Below, piece after piece: positions 52,273 through 63,289 of a stretch of 64,000 nt of DNA (position 1 is the first letter of the stretch; each line of letters opens with the position of its first letter). Source of the stretch: Felis catus (taxonomy: Eukaryota). The notes under the pieces were generated by a model. It was not told where the DNA came from. It worked only from the letters and a program-made list of their open reading frames with translations, and ran no database searches. The translations under genes and the position numbers were made by a program. The DNA lies in the NCBI RefSeq assembly GCF_018350175.1, contig NC_058368.1:93560001-93624000 (forward strand), read 5' to 3'.

Positions 52273-52891
52273 TGTTGCAGGATTTTACCACCTCAGTACC
52301 CAGGATTCGTTGTCTCGCTGCTTCGAAGAATGAAGAGGTGGACACAGAATGAGCAGTAGGCAAAAGTTTATTAGAATATAAAATCAGGAAGGAAGAGTAG
52401 TAGGAAAGCGCTCTTTACAGAGAGAGGACATTCCAAGGTGAATGACCGAGGACTATAGGCAAGGGTCCTTGTTTTATAAGGTTCTGATCAGCCCCCCTTC
52501 TTCCCTTCCCCCTCATTCCTTCTCAGGTTCTACCGTTAATGGCTTAATAGTTCTAGGTGCTGGGTTGTCCATTCCTGATTGGCTCATTTCCATTGTATGG
52601 GGAGTGGTCTGTGGCCATATCCTTTCTGGTGGGTCATTCGCTTTATGGTCTACTAGTTACTTTGACTGAAGACCTAATTCCTGAGGGGACCCTCGGGGGG
52701 GGGGGGGGGGGGGGGGGGGGGGGAGTAGGTGGGGTCTGTTACATTCTTAAGAGGAACCTTACGCCTGAGGGGGTTTGCCGTGGTCAGACGCTCCCAGCAC
52801 CGTTCCAAAATAGGTGTTTTTCCCCACCCAGGGACCTCAGGTCCTAACCTTTCCCCTCTCTGCCTAGTGAATCCTATCTTTTCCTATCATA
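52273..52891 (-). mobile_element. Carnivore ERV1-type solo LTR with 4-bp TSD (ttac) and an internal G29 run
   Basis: ttac|TGTTGC...tatcata|ttac; minus-strand TATA (plus gttttataag 52471-52480) and AATAAA (plus tttatt 52367-52372) are in the correct LTR order. Confidence 0.75.
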
Positions 52892-53039
52892 TTACCACCA
52901 AAATCCTTGACACATCATAGGCATTACCACCTTCACCAAGTTTCCTTGGAAGATACTTAGAGTGGAGTCTACTAAAGATAATGAAAAGATTGACAATTTC
53001 ACGTCTTTCTAATTCATGATACATCCCTTTCAAAACCAC

Positions 53040-54050
53040 AAGCCTGGGTGGCTCAGTGGGTTGTGCTTGTGCGACCAACTTCGGCTCAGGTTATCATCTC
53101 GCAGTCCATGAGTTCGAGCCCCACTCGCCGCTGTCAGCACAGAGCCTACTTCAGATCCTCTGTCCCCCTCTCTCTGCCCCTCCCCCACTTGTGTACTCCC
53201 AAAAATAAATAGTAAAAACAAACAAACAAACGACGAGCCTTGGGGTGCCTGGCTGGCTCGGTTGGTAGAATATGTGACTCTTGACCTCAGGGCTGTGAGT
53301 TCAAACCCCACGTTAGGTATAGAGATTAAATAACAACAAAAAACAAAAAACAAAAAAACCCACACTCGTGAACCTTGAAAACCTCAAAGGCTTTCGGGGG
53401 GGGGGGGGGGGGCAAGTCACAATGGTGTGCAGTGACCCTGAAACGGAAGCCCACATGCCCTGCCCACCAGCAGAAAAGCATTCAAGCTTTTGGGTTGTTT
53501 TTTTTTTTTTTTTTTACAAGATTTATATGTTTCCCACCTACAGACAAGGACACAAAACATATAGACACATTCCTCCAAGAGCGGTCACTCTGAAACCACT
53601 GTACCAAGGACACTCTTTGAAACATTTCTTCTAAGAGCCAAGACTAAAAAATCCAACAAACACAAAACACAAAAATTTTTAAGACTTTATGAAAAAACAG
53701 TATTTTCAATTATTGTCATTCTCCGTGGCATACATGGCACGATAGTTAAATAGGTTTAAAACAAAGGGTGGATAATAGTTCGGCAGTTAGCCCTCGGAAT
53801 CAGTTTGGAGTTTAAATCCCAACTCTGCCCCGAGCAGGTTATTTCATTTTTTTTTCCTAACGTTTATTTTTGAGAGACAGAGCATGAGTGGGGGAGGAGC
53901 AGAGAGAGAGAGGGAGACACAGAATCCAAGGCAGGCTCCAGGCTCTGAGTTGTCAGCACAGAGCCCGATGTAGGACCCAACCCACAAACCGTGAGATCAT
54001 GACCTGAGCCGAAGTCAGACGCTTAATCGACTAAGCTACCCAGGTGCCCC
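53040..54050. mobile_element. Can-SINEs 53040-53240(+), 53241-53360(+), 53845-54050(-, inside a MIR)
   Basis: SINE motifs. Confidence 0.85.
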
Positions 54051-54094
54051 TTAACGTTTGATTCTATTTCCTCGCCTGTAAAATGGGTGAAATG

Positions 54095-54751
54095 TGCTTT
54101 AAAAAAAATAAATAAATAAAGTCACAGGTCCAAAACGGTATCACTTAGACCTAGTTCTCAAGGGGCTTAACACCTAGTATACCTACAGTATCAGCCTCCC
54201 CTAGAAAGGTCTTACACCATCAGTCAGAAATCTTTTTTCTTTTTAAAAGAATTTTTTAAAAAAAATTCTTTTACTGTTTATTTTGAGAGAGAAAGACACA
54301 GAGTTCAAGCAGGGGAGGGGAAGAGAGAGAGGGAGACACAGAATCAGAAGCAGTCTCCAGGCCCTGAGCTGTCAGCACAGAACCCGACATGGGGCTCGAA
54401 ATCAGGGACCGCGAGATCATAACCTGAGCCAGGGTCAGACGCTTAACCGACTGAGCCACCCAAGCGCCCCAGGAATTTTCAATCAGTGCCTGTGAGTCTG
54501 ACATTCAGGGGCCTCTCCATCTCCCCCCAAAAAGAAAGATGAGGTCATCTGCATGAGAAGTCCCCTTGTTTTTCTTGATGGGAAAGCAGTCTTGCAAGGA
54601 AGAATCCTTTTCTTCTGCTAAAAACTTTCTTGTCCCGCCCTCCTCCTATAAAAGCCTTCTATTTTGTGTCTCTCCCTCTTCTTAATCCAAGAATTGTTTG
54701 ATAAAGCCAACGATTCCCAAACGTCCTCGGCTGGCTTTTGTTATTTTAACA
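54095..54751 (+). mobile_element. Second MER34-like solo LTR, interrupted by a minus-strand SINE (54232-54470)
   Basis: Homologous to 47395-48052 (cacaggtccaaaacggtatcacttagacc; ccctcctcctataaaagccttctattttgt; ends ttaACA). Confidence 0.7.
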
Positions 54752-55289
54752 AATCATGCACTCTCCTTAACAATATTCTGAGAATTTAACATAAGGTCTA
54801 CACTAAGCAATTAGCATAGTTTCTGGAACACAGCAGTCAACGCATGGCCAACTTTTGAAATAATAAATCCTTATCTAGGCAACTCTTGTGCAGGCAAACC
54901 GCCTGTGGGTATCTTGCGCAACTCACACATTCTAGTATCACCAAGGACCAAGGGTCAGGATCAGGCAAATTTTACTCACGTTCTGAAAGATAACAGGCTG
55001 AGGTCGGTTGGTTTGCTTTAAACGGCCGAAAACCCCCGCATTGTTTTGGAAGCCTCAACTCCTATACCATATGACACAGTAGCTGGGGAGTTTCAATTAA
55101 ATGACTGCCCACATGGCCAAGCTGATTCAAAACTGTATTGAAACAAAATTTGAGCCTTACCTGTAAATCTCAGGAGGTCTACCTCTCCGTCCAGTTGAGC
55201 CTGCTTTGTTTTCAGTTCTGCTCTCATGCCTCCTCCCCCACACCCATTCGGGTTTTCTAAAGCCCAGCTAACGCCTACTGCGAGCCTAC

Positions 55290-55425
55290 TGTGAGCCAGG
55301 GTCAGCAGCGTGGGCTTTTCCGGGAGCTGGTTAGAAACACGGACGCTTCAGTCCCCACTCAGACCTACTCAATTAAAATCACTTTAACAAGATCCCCAGG
55401 TGAACCACACGCATTTAACACCTGC
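55290..55425 (+). mobile_element. MER5A-like hAT MITE
   Basis: gggagctggttagaaac...ccccactcagacctact...tttaacaagatccccaggtga. Confidence 0.65.
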
Positions 55426-55808
55426 TGCGGCTTGTTAATTAACAAGTACATCCACAGACTCCTGGAGCAGGGAGAAATCTACCCCGAAGAACTAAGTCTC
55501 CCAGCGAAGCTGGTAACTTGACACAAAGTCCTTTTCCTCTGCGTCCTCCGAGCAAGCGCTTGCTCATTGCTATATAATAGCAAAGAAACACACCTGGACC
55601 ATATTGTCTTGGTCTTTCAAAAGCTAGATTTAATTCTTGTCTGTGTGAACCTCAAGTTATTCATGTTCACTTTTCCATTTGGCTCTGGGTATTATAAGCA
55701 AATAATAGCACTTGAATACACTAGTACAATTTTGTACTCAAAAGACATCCTCATCATTTGTAAAAGAGATCTATGGAGTTAAATACTATGTTCAGAAATG
55801 CTATCGAA

Positions 55809-56820
55809 GGGGCGCCTGGGTGCTCAGTCAGTTAGGCGTCTGACTCTTGACCTCAGGTCATGATCTTACAGTTCGTGAGCTTGAGCCCTGCGCTGACAGG
55901 GCAGAGCCTGCTTGGGATTCTGTCTCTCCTGTCTGCCCCTCCCCTGCTTGCGCTTGCTCTTTCTTTCTCTCAAACTAAATAAACTTAAAAAAAAAAAAAA
56001 AACAAAACAAAAATGCTATCGAAAAGCAGAATGTGTCTGTGAAGCCCCCATATAGTGGGTATTTGGTATACACCAGATGCTGTGTCAAACATTTTGTATA
56101 CATGATCTGAATTACCTGGAGTATGTAGCCGTAGAGATATTTTACAGATGAGGCTCACCGTTAATCACTTGTCACAAATCCCACAGCTATAAATGACAAA
56201 CCTCAGGAATCCAAAGCAAAAAACCCACGCCAACCACTACTACTCCGTCCACGCGTTCCAGAGAATCAAACAGGCAGTAAAAACTGAGAATCCCTGCAAA
56301 TATAAGACAAGTATCTTTGCCCAACAGGGAAACACCCCAATTTAATATACTCTCCTTTCCCCCAAACCTAGAAACGACTAGATCACTGTTCAGACATGTA
56401 CTACAACGTACAACATTTTTTAAATGTTTTGGGGGGCGCCTGGGTGACTCAGTCAATAAAGCATCTCATGATCTCGTGGTTTATGAGTTCGAGCCCTGCG
56501 TCGGGCTCTGTGCTGACAGCTCGGAGCCTGGAGCCTGCTTCGGATTCTGTGTCTCCCTTTCTCTCTCTGCCCTTCCCCTGCTCACGCTCTGTCTCTGTCT
56601 CTCAAAAATAAATAAACGTTAAAAAAAATTTTTTTTAATGTTTTGACATTTCCTTATCAACAATTTTAGGGCATGTCAGGTACACTTAAGAAGAAATCTA
56701 ATGTCACATGTTAGGGGTGCCTTGCTGGCTCAGTAGGAACAGAGTCTTGATCTCAGGGTTGTGAGTTTGAACCCCACGTTGGGTGCAGGGATTACTAAAA
56801 AAATAAAAACTTTAAAAAAA
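55809..56820 (+). mobile_element. Can-SINEs 55809-56010, 56431-56640, 56714-56820, plus a MIR (~56050-56220)
   Basis: SINE motifs; TSDs aaatgctatcgaa and gtcacatgtta. Confidence 0.85.
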
Positions 56821-57600
56821 TAAGTCACATGTTAAAGTTATGAGCAGAACCGGCAACCCAAGAAGTTTTACCAAGAAAACCATTTCTGGGTTTTGCCCAG
56901 AATATTGCCATATAGTCAGATGAGCTTTGCTTAAAAATGGAGGGGCAAAAGAATCAAAAGGGGAGGGACCAGATTAAGGTATTACAAAGCCCCTTAAAAC
57001 ACTCATATTTTACCAAATATTGAATCCACTCACCATATACAATAAAAGTTCAATTCATAAGCGATTTTGCAAGAAAGTATCTTCTGCAAAGAATAAGGTA
57101 GTAACTCCATCATTAAAAAAAACAAAACCTTGCTTTGCTTAAGAGTCAAGGTGTTATAAAATGAACATCTGGAAAAGATACTAATTTTTATGGACATATC
57201 ATTCCAAAAATACTTTTTCTAGTTTCAAGTTGGCAAAGTCCTATCTGCCTCTTTCTCTTGAAAAATCATCTCCCCCCATCAAAGAAAACACCCCAAAACA
57301 AAAATACATGGGAAGTGAGAAGCCAACTCCAATTTCAGTGCAACCAGGACACGTGTTAACTATTGTGGCGTATGAGCAAATAAAGAAATGGCAAGTAAAC
57401 GACCCTATGGAGGAAGCTCAAATCTGAAAGCTTGCACAGGGAGAAGCCCGTGACCTGCAAGCCAATTTGTCCACACAGATCCCCAGACAGGTTCTAGAAC
57501 TGCAGAGACCGTGTGCATCAAGATGTAAGAGAATCACCAGGCTGGAAACCAGATTTTCAAGGAGCTGGGATCCAGCAGTGATAAAAAACTGGATAGTTTC

Positions 57601-58245
57601 ATGAGCTCGATCCAGGTTCGTGAGTTCAAGCCCCGCATAGGGCTCTGTGCTGACAGCTCAGAGCCTGGAGCCTGCTTTGGATTCTGTGTCTCCCTCTCTC
57701 TTTGCCCCTCCCCAGCTCGCACTGTCTCTCTCCCCCTCAAAATAAATATGAAAAAAAAATTTTTTTTTAATTTTTTTTCAACGTTTTTTATTTATTTTTG
57801 GGACAGAGAGAGACAGAACATGAACAGGGGAGGGGCAGAGAGAGAGGGAGACACAGAATCGGAAACAGGCTCCAGGCTCTGAGCCATCAGCCCAGAGCCT
57901 GACGCGGGGCTCGAACTCCCGGACCGCGAGATCGTGACCTGGCTGAAGTCGGACGCTTAGCCGACTGCGCCACCCAGGCGCCCCGAAAAAAATTTTTTTT
58001 TAATTAAAAAAAAAGCAACTGGATACAGGGGCACCTGTGTAGCTCAGTTGGTTAAACTTGTGACTACAGCTCATGTCATGATATCAAGGTTCCTGAGTTG
58101 GAGCCCTGCCATCGGGCTCTGTGCTGACAGCTCGGAGCCTGGAGCCTGCTTCTGATTCTGTATCTCCCTCTCTCTCTGCCTCTCTCCTGCTCAAGCCCAG
58201 TCTTTCTCAAAATAAAATAAACATTAAAAGAATTAAAATTAAAGA
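57601..58245. mobile_element. 5'-truncated + SINE, young - SINE (57760-57984) inserted in its tail, then a + SINE at 58027-58245
   Basis: Inner TSD gaaaaaaa(aa)tttttttt; outer TSD aactggata. Confidence 0.88.
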
Positions 58246-58384
58246 GCAATTAGGGTGACATCTGAAGAAAAGACAAAGGTGAAGGACTGTGTGGATATCT
58301 GGAACAGTAGGAATTAGCAAAAAGCTCACGCTTATTTTGCAACTGAGAAAAAGTAACAGCGGAAAGGCTTGAGATGGACATTAT

Positions 58385-58720
58385 CAGTGCTTGCCCACAT
58401 CTGCTGGTCTCCCCACCTGGGCACTTGGAGAAAACAATTTTCTCACCCCCATGACTGCCAGCACCACGCGATCCATTCTATCTAATGAAACATGAATGCA
58501 GCAAATGACGTGCTGGGGACATTAATGGCTTTAAGCTCTTTTTCTAGAAACTATGTAAACTAGCAATGTTAGAAATGATGTGCTAACAAGGTGGCATCAT
58601 AAAGCATAGGGAGCCTGATCCCTGTATCGCTGGTGGACGGAAGCCATTGGTGACCTAGAAGAGATTTGGGGAGAGCAAAAAATGAATTTTGGTTAGCTCA
58701 GGGTTTATTAGAACTTAGCT
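58385..58720 (+). mobile_element. Old MaLR LTR (MLT1J-like)
   Basis: Weak similarity to old MLT1 LTRs (agggagcctgatccctg, atgaattttggttagct). Confidence 0.45.
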
Positions 58721-60046
58721 ATTCAACTCCTACGCGGCTGAAAGGGACGTCTGACAGGCAGTTATAGTGATCAGGTGAGGTTGTGGGTGGTGGGGGAAGG
58801 TGGGAGAAAGTGGACTTTGGGTAAATTCTCAAAGTTGAGCCAAAGGGACTGCTTAAAGGTTAGTGTAGGGAATAGTTCACCACCACCCCCACCCACTTCC
58901 AGACATAGGAGGTGGAGCTTCTAAAGAAAACTGGAGATTTAACTCAGGGACAGGAAGTACGTGCAGGAGACCTCCCAGGTACATGGCTTTCTAAGCCTTC
59001 GTTTTTGTGTGTTGTATTATTTCAGAACATTATAAACACCCTTATTTAAGCACTCAGCACAACAGCCAATAGCCTTTTTCCCCTCAAATACATGCAGCTT
59101 CTTCCCATTTGTGCCAGCTGTTCTCCATTTAAGCCACCCCCAGAACTACCACCAGATGCCTGCTTTCCCTTCTCTGCCCCAGGAAGGTGATCCCCACTGC
59201 CTGCATCCCTAGAGAGCCCTTGCTGTGTAGCTTCCAGTAGGCTAGTCCAGTGGTCAATAGGCAGTACCAACAGATCCAGTGAAGGAGATTTCTGACTCCC
59301 TCCCCGTCCTGGTGCCACGTCTCAGGGACCTGCTGCCTCCCATGGTGAGCCCAACCCCCACCAAGCAACCCTTCCTTAATGTCTCACTCTCCCTGACATC
59401 TAGGAACACGCTTTCACCTTGCCCTCCTTGCTCTGGAAGCACTAATGGCTTCTGGCTGTTGCTCGTCTTTCCAGGGTCTCACCATTGCTTGTTTCTTCAA
59501 GGTCACTCACATCTCAAAGTACCCCTTTCATTCACTTTCCAGCTGAACCATCCAGGGTGAATGCTGTTTCCTGCCAAAACTCTGAACAGGTCACGATCTC
59601 AAAGCCTTCTTGTGCTCCTTGTCCTCTCTACCCAGCATGCACCTCACTCGGCTCTTTGTACAGCCAGCTCCTTAGCAGTCAGGGGTCCATCTTGTGCTGC
59701 CTCCTCAGAGGGGCCTCCCTCAGCACCGGGTCTAGCAGAGCCTCCTCCTCAAACACTCTGTAGTGCCTTCCATTTCTATCACCTCCCCCCTCCTGCAAAC
59801 AGAGCTCCTAAGAGGAGGAACCTGGCTGGGTGGTCTGGTTCACCTGAAACCCAGTAAGCACACAGCACGATGTCTCAGAAAGCACAACTTAAAAACTTGT
59901 CCATCAGTGAAGTGGGTTCCAAATCGAACTTAACTAACTTCCATCAGGTTTGTTAAAGCAGAAGAGTCCCAAAGAGAACTTCAATTCTCAGCGTGTTAAT
60001 CCCCATAAACAAGCAGGTGAAAATCCTCTAAAATGAATGCACATCT

Positions 60047-60255
60047 GTGGCACCTGGGTAGGCTCGGTGGGTCAAGCGTCTGACTCTTGATTTCGGCTCA
60101 GGTCATGATCTCACGGTTCGGGAGTTCAAGCCCTGCGTCGGGCTGTGCGCTGGCAGCGGGGAGCCTGCTTGGGTTGCTCTCTCTCCCTACCTCTCTCTGC
60201 CCCTATCCTGCCTGCTCTCTCACAAAATAAACAAAAGCATTGAAAAAAAATAAAA
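60047..60255 (+). mobile_element. Can-SINE
   Basis: TSD atgcacatctg. Confidence 0.88.
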
Positions 60256-60729
60256 CGGATGCACATCTGATAGAAAATAATTTCTTACGAGTATTCTTGG
60301 CTCAAACACTTCTCCATTTTGTGTAGCAATAGCACGATTGATCATATTCCCACATGGGACATGCTCCCGGGATCTAATCAGATGATGGACCATGGCAAAA
60401 ATTTCACAGACCCAGACTGTGTTCAGTGCCCAGGAGATCGCTCTGACTCCTACTCCTTTCCCCAGAATGCAACTGTGAATATGAGGCTAAGTTATTATAC
60501 ACTATCACGAGACAACACGGAATTGACTTTTTTTAAAATAAAAACCCATGAAGCATAAATAACAATTCATTGTGATGCACGACTATCAGAGCCCCAAGGC
60601 CTGAGAGTATGAATGTGAACTGAAAGAACACATATATAATCAATATCTGATCTATTATGGACCAGAAAAGCAACATCAGAGAATCTGATCAGTTAGCCGA
60701 AGAAAACCAGCTTCACGTCAAACTTTTCT

Positions 60730-60965
60730 TTTTTTTTTTTTTTTTAAATTTTTTTTTTTTTCAACGTTTATTTATTTTTGGGACAGAGAGAGACAGAGCA
60801 TGAACGGGGGAGGGGCAGAGAGAGAGGGAGACACAGAATCGGAAACAGGCTCCAGGCTCTGAGCCATCAGCCCAGAGCCCGACGCGGGGCTCGAACTCAC
60901 AGACCGCGAGATCGTGACCTGGCTGAAGTCGGACGCTTAACCGACTGCGCCACCCAGGCGCCCCA
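60730..60965 (-). mobile_element. Very young Felis-type Can-SINE just downstream of the TRIM36 poly(A) site
   Basis: Perfect 17-bp TSD tcacgtcaaacttttct (60713-60729 and 60966-60982), intact CpGs, long T tract. Confidence 0.95.
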
Positions 60966-61144
60966 TCACGTCAAACTTTTCTAATGATCCCTTCGGCAAG
61001 AATCAGGCTAGTAAAGACATGCCCAGAATAACTTTATGTAAAACCTTCATCTTAAGCTAATATACTCGGCAAAACATCTCTTCGTGAAAGATTTGTTTCC
61101 ATTTTCCACAGAAACATAACTGAGAATTCCCAGAATGCAATTCA

Positions 61145-62937
61145 ATAATTACACTTATTTTAATTTTTATTCAAAATGAAAGAAAACACGGAGAACAATT
61201 TCTATACAACTATACAACGTTTTAAGTGGCTTCCCTAACCTATTAAAGCTTTATATTTAAAATGCTTACATTACATGATATGTGCTTACACAAGCTTGAG
61301 GCTCAAACTTGACCACACACGTGACTCTAGCAGTCTTACTGCACAATGATCCACATAATACTGCATATTTGTTTAGTTCAGCCTATGTCGTAAAGTGCTT
61401 ATTCATCGGTAGGAAGGTACAAACCTACTAAACACTCAACTTCTCCATGATATTTCCTACTCCGGGTAGGGGGGGAAAAGGCCAATTTGATGCTACCAGC
61501 CTGAATAACAGATTTCCACTTAAAAATATATATTAAAAACAAGCAAACAACAAGGAAACCAAATCAGGCCTAAGATTTTGGTGGGTCTATTAAGAGAGAT
61601 CAAAAGCATTTCAAAATCATTAGCGCTACAATGTGTAACAGCTTAGTTTCTGAACATTTTGACTTCTAAAAAATAAGCAGTTTAAGTAAAAACCCTTTAA
61701 AGGACATCTTTCAAAAATGAATGTAAAATGTCAAAGTATTAATTCTTCAAATCAGAAGAACTTTTAAAAGGGTACACACAAAGTCAATATGATTTTCATT
61801 ATTATTCCTAAACTAGACTTGTAGTTCTACTGACTTTTACAGATGCTTATTGCCAAACAACAGGCCATAGAAAATATCATCCAACTGACCAGTAAGTTAC
61901 TCTACATTTTAGAACATATTTAATGACATTAAAAATATTTCATGAACTTTCCAAACATGTAAACATAAACCAGGGCAATGTGATACGTAATATTGGTGCC
62001 AAAAAATGAAAATCACAGGACACAATAAGAGGGCAGAGAACAAATATGTTAAACATCAGTGCAGCTTCTCTAATATTTGTGAAAAATAAATTATTTGATA
62101 CAGATGCAGGTATTTTCAGAGTAAGAAAAACCGAAGACAAATTTTCTAAAAAAAAAAAAAAAATTACACCAAGTGAAAAGCTGCTTGTGCTAGCCAAGAA
62201 CTTAGTGTTTCCTGCAAAAACAAGAAACAAAAAACAAAAATGTTTACACACGATCAGGTATGGGCATTACAGGTAAGCGAACTCTTAAAAATATCCTTAA
62301 AAATACAATTTGCCGTCTCAAAAGAAAAAAAAGCAGTATTCATTTTCTGGGGAATATACTCTGAGTATTAGTTATGCACTTCAAAATACATAATTTCCCA
62401 TTTAAATATACTACCATTTCTCTGGCCTTTATACTAACTATACCTTTGTTTTCTTGTGAAAAACATACACAAGACACAATGCTAAGTACTAATTTCTATC
62501 CATAAGGCATCTAAAAAATAGCTTCTCTTAAGACATAAACATGATACCAAATGAAAAACCAAACACAAAAGAAACATAATAATAAATAGTTTTGTATCCC
62601 TTCCCCCTCAAAAAAGAAGCATCAGTATCAGCAACACTGACTGACATAAATACATTAGATTTCCTGTTCATAAGAAAAGAAAGACAATCCAGTTACAGTG
62701 TTTAACCATTTCAGGGTTAACCAGGAGAGAGCGTCTTTACTCCCGCAGTTTGTGAAAGGCAGGATGAAGACAGGAAAGAGGCAAGACTGTTTAGGTGTTT
62801 CCGATTTAAGAAGAAACACACACAACATACAAGTGTGGCCACGGACTACTTAGATGATGTGTAATTAGTTACGAAGGTTAACACAGAGCCGTCGTTTTGC
62901 TCCCCTTTTTCACCCTAAGTCACATCACGTGCTTCAA
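61145..62937 (-). other. TRIM36: TRIM36 3'UTR (approx. 1.8 kb)
   Basis: AT-rich, SINE-free stretch directly after the stop codon, ending at poly(A) signals; the 3' end is inferred. Confidence 0.7.
61159..61171 (-). terminator. Tandem polyadenylation signals AATAAA (61171-61166) and ATTAAA (61164-61159)
   Basis: Plus strand tttaatttttatt reads AATAAAAATTAAA on the minus strand, at the distal end of the SINE-free UTR. Confidence 0.65.
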
Positions 62938-63289
62938 CTACATGTCCTCTTGGTATTCTAGATATTTTGCTGTGATGGGTTCCTCAAGCTGAACTCCTCC
63001 ACTGCCCATTAATGCAAATGCTGGGTACATCGTGTGCGAACAGTCCACCTGGCGCTCGTAAAGGCATTTCATGTGATCCATGTCATAGAAAGCCACTCTG
63101 CCTTTGTCATAGTCAAGGAAAATCCCTATACTTGTTGGCATCGGAAGAACTCTATTCTCAGGTTCATTGGCGGAAGTGGCTGACTTGGGTATGAAAAACT
63201 TCTTCATGCCTATGGTGACTAACGTGAAGGGCTGTGAATCAAAGCAGGCATCTTCACTTCCGCTGTCATGGCCGCTGTCTTGCTCGTAT
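62938..63289 (-). CDS. TRIM36: TRIM36 terminal coding exon (C-terminal B30.2/SPRY region of tripartite motif-containing 36, E3 ubiquitin ligase); the rest of the gene lies beyond the right edge of the window
   Basis: Translation (R)YEQDSGHDSGSEDACFDSQPFTLVTIGMKKFFIPKSATSANEPENRVLPMPTSIGIFLDYDKGRVAFYDMDHMKCLYERQVDCSHTMYPAFALMGSGGVQLEEPITAKYLEYQEDM* matches the recalled mammalian TRIM36 C-terminus, with SPRY motifs IGIFLDYD.G.VAFYD and YPAF. Acceptor ttgtgttctAG|ATACGAG has its AG at 63291-63290 (phase 2); TAG stop at 62940-62938. The 'MCS' start in the ORF track is intronic. Confidence 0.95.

Noticed and set aside
47395..54751. Two co-oriented MER34-like LTRs as the ends of one provirus
   Set aside because: The first is nested inside a MER21 LTR that resumes right after it; there is no primer-binding site or gag/pol between them, and the copies are quite diverged.
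295..60984. Dozens of 60-130 aa ORFs beginning MAQSVK.../MISRF...
   Set aside because: They are translations of Can-SINE sequence, not genes.
61940..62276. ORFs within the TRIM36 3'UTR
   Set aside because: Low-complexity AT-rich translations with no homology evidence.
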